Source of the DNA: Nibricoccus sp.
GTDB taxonomy: Bacteria > Verrucomicrobiota > Verrucomicrobiia > Opitutales > Opitutaceae
Reading direction: 5' to 3'
Assembly (NCBI GenBank): GCA_047602425.1
Contig: JASGHG010000001.1
Coordinates: forward strand, 3,712,001-3,776,000
DNA length: 64,000 nucleotides
Part shown: positions 19,486 to 27,772 of the stretch, one piece after another
Layout: every line of letters starts with the position of its first letter
Numbering within the stretch: position 1 is the first letter of the stretch
Notes under the pieces: model-generated
Database searches by the model: none
Seen by the model: the letters and a program-made list of their open reading frames with translations, nothing else
Told to the model about the DNA's origin: nothing
Program-made: the position numbers and the translations under genes

Positions 19486-20141
19486 GGAAAGTCGCCGCGT
19501 ACCACCGAACCTGATGAAAGATCCACTTCCTTCTCAAGGGTGGTTTTGCTATTCAGCCAGGCCTTGAGCTTGTAGTGACCGGGCGGCAGCCCGGTCATCT
19601 TGAAAGTGCCGTCTGCGCCGGTCAGCACGAAGTGGGGCGTATCCAGCACGAGGATAATCGCCCGCATGTGCTCGTGAATTTCGCAGCGGAGCGTGACAAG
19701 GCCGGGTTTGTCGAAAATTTCAGAGGGAATCGGGCGTTCGTCAGGACGGTAACGCCCGAGATCGAACCGCTTGGCCGGAGAGTAGGAGAAGATATTGTGG
19801 AATGCCTTGTCTTCGTTGGGAAACTCGACGCGCGTGCCGACCTGAATCGGCAGAACGGCGGGAATGAAGGTATAATCTTTTTGAACAACCTGCGCTTTGG
19901 GAAGTTCGTTTGGTTTTGGAAAACTGCCTTCAAGATAGACCACGGCGGTAGGCGGATCGATGCTCACCACGCCGCTGTTTGTAATGACTTCGTAACGTTG
20001 CTGCATGACGGTCCGACGGGCGGCTTTTGGCAATTCGACGCGTCCTTCAATCGTGGCTGTGGACGGCTCTTCAGAACGGCCGAGGGAGGGCAGCGAAGAA
20101 AGAGCGAGAACGACGAGAATAGCTGGAGTTGGAATTTTCAT
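19482..20141 (-). CDS. Secreted cupredoxin-like protein with carboxypeptidase-regulatory-like beta domain
   Basis: Signal peptide; FPNEDKAFHNIFS and LRCEIHEHM (type-1 copper ligand pattern H...CxxHxxM); C-terminal DGTFKMTGLPPGHYKLKAW. Confidence 0.75.
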   Translation of the reverse strand: MKIPTPAILVVLALSSLPSLGRSEEPSTATIEGRVELPKAARRTVMQQRYEVITNSGVVSIDPPTAVVYLEGSFPKPNELPKAQVVQKDYTFIPAVLPIQVGTRVEFPNEDKAFHNIFSYSPAKRFDLGRYRPDERPIPSEIFDKPGLVTLRCEIHEHMRAIILVLDTPHFVLTGADGTFKMTGLPPGHYKLKAWLNSKTTLEKEVDLSSGSVVRGDFP

Positions 20142-20160
20142 CGAAAGGGACAGCGAAGCG

Positions 20161-20841
20161 TTAAGCGGGCGGAGGCCGGAGCGAATATCCCACGGAACGA
20201 ATGGTCGTGATCAGCGGCACCGAAAAGCCCTGGTCGATTTTTCGCCGCAGGCGGGCAATGAACATCTCGACGGTGCGTGTGTCGTATTCGTAGTCACGCT
20301 GCCAGACCCGCTCGCAAAGTTCGGTGCGGGAAAAAACGCGGCCGGGTTCTTGTATCAGCACTTGCAATACATCGAATTCCCGCGGCGAAAGCGTAATGGA
20401 CTGGCCCCCGCGGGAGACCTGCCGGTTGTGTACATCCATGACGAGATCCGCCACGCGATGAATGTCGCCGGTCGCGGGAGTCGTGCCGCGACGTCCGAGT
20501 GCCTCGATCCTGGCGCCCAATTCATCCATTGAAAATGGCTTTGAAAGATAATCGTCCGCGCCGGCCTTGAGGCCCTTCACGCGATGCTCGACCTCGGTGC
20601 GTGCGGTGAGGATGAGCACGCGGGCGGTGCGATTGGCTTCGCGCAACCGACCGAGAAGGGAAAGTCCATCCATGCCTGGCAGGTTCAAGTCGAGAACAAT
20701 GAGGTCGGGCGATTCGACAAGGGCTTTTTGCAACCCGGCGTTTCCGTCGTGCTGGGCGGTCACGAGATGTCCCTGGCGGCCCAGCGCTGACGCAATGTGC
20801 CGGGCGAGTTGGGGTTCGTCTTCGATCACGAGGATGCGCAT
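20161..20841 (-). CDS. OmpR-family response regulator
   Basis: MRILVIEDE..VLDLNLPGMDG..GADDYLSKPF..LSPREF..TIRSVGY. ATG at 20841. Confidence 0.93.
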   Translation of the reverse strand: MRILVIEDEPQLARHIASALGRQGHLVTAQHDGNAGLQKALVESPDLIVLDLNLPGMDGLSLLGRLREANRTARVLILTARTEVEHRVKGLKAGADDYLSKPFSMDELGARIEALGRRGTTPATGDIHRVADLVMDVHNRQVSRGGQSITLSPREFDVLQVLIQEPGRVFSRTELCERVWQRDYEYDTRTVEMFIARLRRKIDQGFSVPLITTIRSVGYSLRPPPA

Positions 20842-20985
20842 GACTTTGGGGATGCCGAATAGTTTGTGGGGCGCGGATACTGGAGGAGCAAAAAAGTTCA
20901 TGTTTGGTCAAAATGCAAACGTGAGCGCGTTCTTTGAGGCATCCCGCCGAAGGATGTCGACCGATAGAATGGTTCGGTAAAGCAG

Positions 20986-21001
20986 GTAACACGCCTGTTA
21001 C
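20986..21001. promoter_or_regulatory. GTAAC-N6-GTTAC palindrome in the divergent promoter region of the regulator and heme-binding genes
   Basis: GTAAC ACGCCT GTTAC. Confidence 0.5.
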
Positions 21002-21049
21002 GATGTCGGGCTTTATACACGGCACACTCTGGACATCTTAGCATTGAAA

Positions 21050-21553
21050 ATGAATGCCGAGGTTTGCTTTCGTGTGCTCAAAAAGATCGCCGTAGGAATT
21101 ACGGTTGTCTTTGTGACGCTGCAATTTTTCCGGCCGGACCGCCCGCCGTTGCCGACTTCGTCGCAAGAGGACTTGATTACTGTCCATCCTCCACCGCCGG
21201 GAGTTCGGGAAACACTTGTGAGCGCCTGCTACGACTGCCATTCGAACCAGACGCGGTATCCATGGTATGCATCGATTCAGCCGGTTGCGTGGTTTTTGGA
21301 CCACCATGTGGAGGAGGGGCGAATGCACATCAATTTTTCGGAATTCGGGGGACTTCCACCGCGCCGGGCCTTGCAAGTATTGGAGGCTTGTGGTGACGAA
21401 GTCGCGGAGAAAGGCATGCCTTTGTGGAGTTACACGCTTGCCCATCCCGAGGCGCGGCTGACCGAGGCGCAGCGTGCGGACCTTGTAGCATGGGTGACGA
21501 AATTAGCGGACGAATCCCGGCAGAAACTCTCAAAACCCGAACCAATACCATGA
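21050..21553 (+). CDS. Heme-binding domain protein (Haem_bd family, single CxxCH)
   Basis: SACYDCHSNQTRYPWYA...HVEEGRMHINFSE...MPLWSYTLAHPEARL. Start codon uncertain. Confidence 0.85.
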   Translation: MNAEVCFRVLKKIAVGITVVFVTLQFFRPDRPPLPTSSQEDLITVHPPPPGVRETLVSACYDCHSNQTRYPWYASIQPVAWFLDHHVEEGRMHINFSEFGGLPPRRALQVLEACGDEVAEKGMPLWSYTLAHPEARLTEAQRADLVAWVTKLADESRQKLSKPEPIP

Positions 21554-21660
21554 GGTATTGTCGAAAATTTTCAGCCGCACAAGCCCGGGTCCTGCCCGGC
21601 GCACCGAGACTACCTGCGCCGGACGCCAAGGAGGTCTTGAATCCTACGGCTGAAATAGAA

Positions 21661-21690
21661 AGGCGAGAGAGCGTGTGTGCTCTCTCGCCT
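21661..21690. terminator. Hairpin between convergent genes, probable terminator
   Basis: AGGCGAGAGAGC-GTGTGT-GCTCTCTCGCCT, 12-bp perfect stem; T-run on the minus strand (AAA at 21658-21660). Confidence 0.65.
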
Positions 21691-21716
21691 GAGATTGAGA
21701 GGAAGAATTCCAGAGC

Positions 21717-22286
21717 TTAGCTCGCGGGGGCCGGGACCGGCGCAGGCTGGTTGTTGTCCATGTCGGCCTTATCTTTTTTCAGCTCTTTCACGTCTTGGTG
21801 ACGTTCGGCCTTGTCCTTCCTGAGTTCTTTGGCGTCCTGCTTGCGCTCTTTCTTTTCCTTGCGGAGCTCGCGCGCGTCCTTGTTGCGGTCGGCGCGGTCC
21901 TTGTGAAGGTCGGAGTGATCTTCTTTGAGATCCTTGCGATCCTCCTTCAGGTCGGCGCGATCTTCCTTGATGGCCTCCTTGTCGCCGGCTTTGAGGTCCT
22001 GTTTCAGGTCTTTCTTGTCCTGATGAATATCGACCCGATCGGATCGAACATCGGCGCGATCAGCACGGATTTCCTTTTGGTCGCCAACCAGTTCTTTTTT
22101 CTCGGCGTGAATTTCCTTCTGATCCTGGACCAATTCTTTTTTGTCCTGGTGGATTTCTTTTTGGTCTTTCGCGATCTCGTGTTTATCGCGGCGGATTTCT
22201 TTTTTCTCGCGACGCGTTTCGGCTTGGGCGGTGGCGAAGGCAACCGAACCGATTGTTAGGATGCAGAGCAGGGTTTTGATTTTCAT
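21717..22286 (-). CDS. Secreted highly charged heptad-repeat protein
   Basis: Signal peptide ending ATAQA, then about 20 seven-residue repeats (KEIHQDK, KELVQDQ, ADLKEDR...), tail PAPVPAPAS. Confidence 0.75.
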   Translation of the reverse strand: MKIKTLLCILTIGSVAFATAQAETRREKKEIRRDKHEIAKDQKEIHQDKKELVQDQKEIHAEKKELVGDQKEIRADRADVRSDRVDIHQDKKDLKQDLKAGDKEAIKEDRADLKEDRKDLKEDHSDLHKDRADRNKDARELRKEKKERKQDAKELRKDKAERHQDVKELKKDKADMDNNQPAPVPAPAS

Positions 22287-22429
22287 GATTGGAATGTGTT
22301 AGGGACAACAGCTGACCGGCGTTTGGCGTTTAGGTTCAACGCCGGCGCGTTCTTTCTCCACATACGCGAACGCCGAACGAAATGTTACCGGCGAAATAAA
22401 AAACCCGGGCTACACGGGACAATATTCTA

Positions 22430-24463
22430 TCAGCGAAGCGCTTCCAGCACGGTGGATGGCGTCAGGAGCTCGGGCAGCGCGATGGGCTCGGCGACGCCGG
22501 GCTTGTAGATGAGATTGAACGGCACGGCGCTGCGGCCGTATTTTGCGAGTTCGGCGGTAATGGCTGGGTCCTGATTGGTCCAATCGCCTTTTAACATGAC
22601 GATGCCGCGTTCTTTGAATACCCGCTGCACTTCAGACGAACCGAAAACGACGCGTTTATTGGCCTGGCACGTGGCGCACCAGCGGGCGGTAAAGTCGACG
22701 TAGATCATTTTGCCCTGCGCCTGAGCCTCCGCTACGGCGGCTGGGCTCCATTTTTCCCACTTGAGGTCGGTTGGGGCGGCGGTGCGCGGCCAGCCGAACA
22801 AAGCGCCAGCAATAATAATCGCAGCACCTCCAATGAGACCGAAGCGGACGCGGCCGGGTTTTGCACCGGGTTGAGTGCAGCGTCCATACAGCCAAATCGC
22901 CAGCGCGATGAGGGTCAGGCCTAAGAGAGCGTTGAGGAGGGCGGTATCGGAGAGCTGTCCCGCAAGCACCCAGACTAGGTAGCCAACGGTTCCGTACAAA
23001 GGAAACGCCATGAATTGTTTGAAAGTCTCCATCCACGCACCGGGGCGGGGCAGGACTTTGATTGCGGCGGGAAAAATCGAGAGCAGCAGGTACGGAGTCG
23101 AGAGACCGATGGCGATTGCGGTGAAGATGGCGAAGGCCGCGGGGGTGGACATCGCGAGAGCTGCGCCGAGGGCGGGCGCAAGAAACGGGGCACTGCACGG
23201 TGTCGCGACCACCGTGGCGAGAATGCCGGTAAAAAAGGAGCCGGAATATCCCGACTTGGATTGAAGGTCGGAACCGACCGAGGTCGCGCGCAGGCCGAAT
23301 TCAAACACACCGCTCATGTTGAGGCCGAACACGAGCATGACGGCGGCAAGTGCGAAAACAAACGCGGGTGACTGGAGTTGAAAGCCCCAGCCTAACTGAC
23401 TGCCACCGGCACGAAGTATTGCGAGCAAGGTCGCGAGGGCCCAGAACGAGAGAAGTACGCCCGACGTAAAGATGAGGCCGTGGAGCGTGACCTTTTTGCG
23501 GTCGGAGCCGGCTTGGTTGACGAAGCCGAGAATCTTGATGCCGAGCACTGGAAAAACGCAGGGCATGAGGTTGAGGATCAATCCGCCGACGAACGCGAGC
23601 AGGAGCGTAGGCAAGAGACCTTTCGTAGAACCTTGTGTGGGAGCCGCGGCGGCGGAGAACGCCGTATCGATCGTAAGGCCGGAAGGGTGCGCCGGGTCGC
23701 CGTAGGCGAGCACGCCGAGGAGTTTCTCAGGTTTGCCATCGAACGACGGCGAAATGGGAAGTGTGAGGCGCAGTTGATTTCCGTTCTGCGCGACGGTTTG
23801 CGGGAGGTCATATTGAATCAGCGCGTCGGTGCTAAAGAAATGAGGATTGGGCAACGGCAATGAGCCACCGCTCAAGGCGAGCTCGACGGATTTGTCACGA
23901 CGGGTGGCGGTGACCGTCCAACCGGCCGGCTTCTGTGGGGCCGGGATTTTGGCCAATGCCTCCGATAGCGTTTTGTTGGTGGTGGGTTGTTCGCTTTTGA
24001 CTGGAAGGGAAAGGGAGACATCGGCTTCGCCGGGAATGCACGTTTCCTTGCACATCAGCCATTCGGCCTTGGCCTTGAGCTCAATTGTTTCCCCGATGGT
24101 CAGATTGGCGGGCGGCGTGAGCGTGAGGGGGAGAAGCAAGTCATCCTCATAACCGTTGCCGGTAACGGCGCCTGTGTGGTCTTTGAGCACCTTGGGCGTG
24201 GGCCATTGGATGTCGCTGGCGGCCCAGCCGGCGGGCAACTGCCACGTCAGCTTCGTTGGGTAGCCGGTTCCGGCATTGATCCAGTAGGTATGCCAATGCG
24301 GCTCGTGGATAAGGCGCAGTGCGACGGTGAATGGCCGCCCGGGTTGAATCGAAGTTTCTGAAGCGACGAGCGAGGCGGCAACTTGTGCGTGAAGGGCTGA
24401 GCCGAACAGGGGGAAACTGAGAAAGAAGGAGAGGGCGAGAAGGCGCAGCTTGGTAAGAGTCAT
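22430..24463 (-). CDS. dsbD: Protein-disulfide reductase DsbD family (N-terminal periplasmic domain, TM domain, thioredoxin)
   Basis: WHTYWINAG, WLMCKETCIP, GGLILNLMPCVFPVL, ATPCSAPFL, VDFTARWCATCQAN. ATG at 24463. Confidence 0.88.
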   Translation of the reverse strand: MTLTKLRLLALSFFLSFPLFGSALHAQVAASLVASETSIQPGRPFTVALRLIHEPHWHTYWINAGTGYPTKLTWQLPAGWAASDIQWPTPKVLKDHTGAVTGNGYEDDLLLPLTLTPPANLTIGETIELKAKAEWLMCKETCIPGEADVSLSLPVKSEQPTTNKTLSEALAKIPAPQKPAGWTVTATRRDKSVELALSGGSLPLPNPHFFSTDALIQYDLPQTVAQNGNQLRLTLPISPSFDGKPEKLLGVLAYGDPAHPSGLTIDTAFSAAAAPTQGSTKGLLPTLLLAFVGGLILNLMPCVFPVLGIKILGFVNQAGSDRKKVTLHGLIFTSGVLLSFWALATLLAILRAGGSQLGWGFQLQSPAFVFALAAVMLVFGLNMSGVFEFGLRATSVGSDLQSKSGYSGSFFTGILATVVATPCSAPFLAPALGAALAMSTPAAFAIFTAIAIGLSTPYLLLSIFPAAIKVLPRPGAWMETFKQFMAFPLYGTVGYLVWVLAGQLSDTALLNALLGLTLIALAIWLYGRCTQPGAKPGRVRFGLIGGAAIIIAGALFGWPRTAAPTDLKWEKWSPAAVAEAQAQGKMIYVDFTARWCATCQANKRVVFGSSEVQRVFKERGIVMLKGDWTNQDPAITAELAKYGRSAVPFNLIYKPGVAEPIALPELLTPSTVLEALR

Positions 24464-24824
24464 GATGGCGGGAGGATAAATTTCTACGCTACGATACCCT
24501 GATTTGCAAAATTTGTGCGGAAAAATATTTAGTAAAACCATTAGGTTTAAGGAGAGGTTCGTTTTATTGCTCACGCCGTTATTGAGAGTGCAAATCAATA
24601 ACGGACGCGGTTTCCAAGCGGGGTGGAGTGGTGATCGAGGCTTAGGTAGTTGAGACAGGGACTCAAGTGCGTTCAATACAGGCTCGGTGACCTCTTAAAA
24701 ATTAGCGATTAGATATTGTTAAGTTAAGAATAGGTCGGTCAATTGTTGGTAAAGATAATATTATATGGGGGAGTGAAATTGCTAATGGGAATAATTTGTC
24801 CCAATTGCGTTGTTTCACCCCACC

Positions 24825-26015
24825 ATGGATTTCGCGTCTTCACTCCATATGCCCCTGCGGGTTCGTGCTTCGGTTGTCGCATTGTGTTTGTTGTTCACGC
24901 ATCCGCGCGGAGCACGCGCCGAAGACAGCCTCAGCATCAAAGCGCAATCGTGGCAGGAGGATAAAGACCGCATTCGAGTCGATTCCCAATATGCCCAGAT
25001 CGAAAAAGACATTGGGACGGACACGCATCTGAAAGTGATGGGCCTGCTGGATTCGATCGCGGGGGCGACTCCGACGGGGGAGCGTCCGCCGGCAGGCAGC
25101 AAGATTGTGCCAAAGGCCGAAATGGAGGATCGTCGCAAGGCCTGGACGTCGGATCTTTCCCACCAGTTTTCCAGAATAAACCTATCGATTGGTTATGGCG
25201 TGAGCCGCGAGAGCGATTATGTATCCTACGGTTGGTCGGCCAACACGGTCACTGACTTTAACGATAAGAACACGACGGTAACACTCGGCTACGGAGGAAC
25301 GAAGGACACGATTTCCGAATGGAAACTGAACTGGACGAAGCAAAGGCATAAGGACGGGGCCGAATTTATCGCGGGCGTCACGCAACTGCTGAATCCCAAT
25401 ACGTCGGTGACGGCGAATGTTGTCTACGGAACATCCACGGGATTGATGAGCGATCCGTATAAAATCGTTTCGACGACGCGGCTCGATGTGGACCCGGGGT
25501 TTTATTACACACCGCCGGAAAATCGTCCGGAGGAGCGGCAGAAGATCAGCATTTTCCTCGGAATGAATCGTAACTTTGAACGGCTCAACGGCGCGGCCGA
25601 TATCTCATACCGGCATTATCACGACAGCTTCGGCATCACCAGCCATACCACGAGTTTGGTGTGGCTGCAGAAGTTCGGTGAACATCTGATCGTGCAGCCG
25701 TCCATTCGTTATTACCGGCAGTCGGCGGCGGATTTTTATTATTATAACCTGGATCGTTCGCGGATCACGACGTCCTACGAACCCCGGCTTGGGGAAACGG
25801 GTACGGGCAAGGCGCCGTTTTATTCTTCCGATTACCGGCTGTCGTATATGGAGACGATCGATCTGGGCATCAAAGTGGTGTGGAAAATCACCAGCTGGCT
25901 TTCGATCGATGCAAACTACGATCGCTACGTCATGAAGGGACTCGATGGGCTGACCCCAAAGGACGCCTATACCAACGCAAACATGTTCATGGGCGGGATA
26001 AAGCTGTCGCGCTAA
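24825..26015 (+). CDS. DUF3570-like outer-membrane beta-barrel protein
   Basis: DSIAGATPTG, SRESDYVS, GLMSDPYK, RYYRQSAADFY, YSSDYRLS; gene context with ApbE, TlpA and DUF4266. Confidence 0.8.
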   Translation: MDFASSLHMPLRVRASVVALCLLFTHPRGARAEDSLSIKAQSWQEDKDRIRVDSQYAQIEKDIGTDTHLKVMGLLDSIAGATPTGERPPAGSKIVPKAEMEDRRKAWTSDLSHQFSRINLSIGYGVSRESDYVSYGWSANTVTDFNDKNTTVTLGYGGTKDTISEWKLNWTKQRHKDGAEFIAGVTQLLNPNTSVTANVVYGTSTGLMSDPYKIVSTTRLDVDPGFYYTPPENRPEERQKISIFLGMNRNFERLNGAADISYRHYHDSFGITSHTTSLVWLQKFGEHLIVQPSIRYYRQSAADFYYYNLDRSRITTSYEPRLGETGTGKAPFYSSDYRLSYMETIDLGIKVVWKITSWLSIDANYDRYVMKGLDGLTPKDAYTNANMFMGGIKLSR

Positions 26016-26029
26016 ACCGAACAACTAAA

Positions 26030-27025
26030 ATGGAGCTAACTGCACAAATCTCTGCCAACTCCCGGGCATCGGGGCGTACTTCGTCCGCGGTGAGTGAGGA
26101 GCTACGTGTGCTCGGGTGGAATGCGCTCGGTACGCGTTGCGAAGTGCAATATGTCTGTGGCGACGAACATGCGGCGCATATTTTTGAAAGCGAAGCGGTC
26201 AGTTGGGTGGCTGCGTTTGAGGCGAAATACTCGCGTTTTCGTTCGGATAGTCTGGTGAGCCGAATCAATGCGGCAGCGGGACTCGATTGGTTGCCGGTCG
26301 ATGCGGAGATGGAGATGTTTTTGGACCTAAGCGGCTCGTTGTATCAACTCACGCAAGGGGTCTTGGATGTGACGGCGCTTCCGCTGATGCGCCTGTGGGA
26401 TTATCGGGTAGCGATTCCGCGAATTCCCAGCGAGAACGAGATTTTAGCGGCGAAGCGATTGGTCGGCTTTCAGAAAATTCAACGCAGGCCCGGGCTCGTT
26501 CGTTTACCGGAGGTGGGCATGGCGCTCGACTTTGGCGGTTGGGGAAAAGAATACGCGGTCGACATTGTGGCGCAGATCGCACGCAAACATGGTATCGAAA
26601 GAGCGCTGATAGATTTCGGGCACGATATTTTTGCTTTGGGTGCCGTGCCGGGAAAACCGGCCTGGCATATTGGTCTGGAAGATCCGGCGCGTCCGGGTGC
26701 TGCCTGCTGGAGCAGTGTGGCGGCGCGTGACATAGGCGTGGCTTCTTCGGGCGACTATATCCGCGGATTTACGCTCAACGGAAAACGCTATGGTCACATC
26801 GTCGATCCGCGCACGGGCTGGCCGGTGGCAAATGGTTGTAGGCAGGTCAACGTGATCGCCAAGGCGTGCGTGCAGGCCGGCGCGCTATCGACGGCGGTTT
26901 TCATTCTCGGTCCGGAAGCGGGCCTTAAAATCGTGCAGGATCTCATGACCGCGGAAGCTTGCGTCGTGACCGATCAGGAGCGTTACCAAACCAGAGGATT
27001 TTATCGTTATGTCGTTACTAAATAA
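26030..27025 (+). CDS. apbE: FAD:protein FMN transferase ApbE
   Basis: KYSRFRSDSLVSRIN, LDFGGWGKEYAVD, ASSGDYIR, RYGHIVDPRTGWP, LSTAVF. ATG at 26030. Confidence 0.92.
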   Translation: MELTAQISANSRASGRTSSAVSEELRVLGWNALGTRCEVQYVCGDEHAAHIFESEAVSWVAAFEAKYSRFRSDSLVSRINAAAGLDWLPVDAEMEMFLDLSGSLYQLTQGVLDVTALPLMRLWDYRVAIPRIPSENEILAAKRLVGFQKIQRRPGLVRLPEVGMALDFGGWGKEYAVDIVAQIARKHGIERALIDFGHDIFALGAVPGKPAWHIGLEDPARPGAACWSSVAARDIGVASSGDYIRGFTLNGKRYGHIVDPRTGWPVANGCRQVNVIAKACVQAGALSTAVFILGPEAGLKIVQDLMTAEACVVTDQERYQTRGFYRYVVTK

Positions 27026-27512
27026 AAAAATCGCAGCCCTGTTTTTTTCACTGCTGGCGCTGGCTTCCACGGCCTTCGCTGACGTAAAAATCGGTACACC
27101 GTTTCCCGATCTGGGAACGTTTAATCTCGAAGGCACGTTGCCCGACACGGCCGGGCGCGTGGTGATGGTGGATTTTTGGGCGACGTGGTGTTCCCCGTGT
27201 AAAGCGTCTTTTCCTGCGTACTCGACCATGCAAAAAGACCTGGCCGATCGGGGCTTCACTCTGATCGCGGTGAGCGTCGACAAGAAACCTGAAGAGTACG
27301 CGGCCTTTCTAAAAAAATTCGCGCCCGGTTTTGTTACCGTGCGCGACGGCGCGCAGAAACTGGTTGCCACCGTCAAAGTGCCGGGCATGCCGACCTGTTA
27401 CCTGATCGATCGCAAAGGTGTGTTGCGTGAAATTCACACCGGGTATCACGGCGATGCCTCGGTGAAAGAACTGCGCGCAAAGATTCAAAAACTGTTGGAG
27501 GAACAGCCATGA
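27009..27512 (+). CDS. TlpA-family thiol-disulfide oxidoreductase
   Basis: Signal peptide; VDFWATWCSPCK; GMPTCYLIDRKG. Confidence 0.9.
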   Translation: MSLLNKKIAALFFSLLALASTAFADVKIGTPFPDLGTFNLEGTLPDTAGRVVMVDFWATWCSPCKASFPAYSTMQKDLADRGFTLIAVSVDKKPEEYAAFLKKFAPGFVTVRDGAQKLVATVKVPGMPTCYLIDRKGVLREIHTGYHGDASVKELRAKIQKLLEEQP

Positions 27513-27736
27513 AACGAGCCGCCTTCCTCATCTTTTGTTTTTTCCTTGGCGGTGTAGGCTTGGTGTTGTCGGGTTGCACGACGGTGCAGCCTTGGGAGCG
27601 TGCGACGCTGGCCGACTACACCATGCGACCCGACCGCGACGGTCTCGCGACGGCCATGACGGAACATATTTATTTTTCGCGCGAAGCCTCCTCGGGAGGA
27701 CGCGGTGTCGGTGGCAGCGGTTGTGGCTGCAACTAA
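27509..27736 (+). CDS. DUF4266 family small lipoprotein
   Basis: Lipobox LSGC, VQPWERATLA, EHIYFSREASSGG, C-terminal GGSGCGCN; ATGA overlap with the tlpA-like gene. Confidence 0.88.
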   Translation: MKRAAFLIFCFFLGGVGLVLSGCTTVQPWERATLADYTMRPDRDGLATAMTEHIYFSREASSGGRGVGGSGCGCN

Positions 27737-27772
27737 CTTTTAAGAAGAAACAAAAGAGGAGGCACATCTGTC

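Noticed and set aside
21795..22259. 154-aa hydrophobic ORF on the + strand
   Set aside because: Antisense of the Lys/Glu/Asp heptad-repeat gene; its hydrophobicity is a codon-complement artefact.
24464..24676. 71-aa N-terminal extension of the DsbD ORF
   Set aside because: AT-rich promoter-like sequence; a proper signal peptide begins at ATG 24463.
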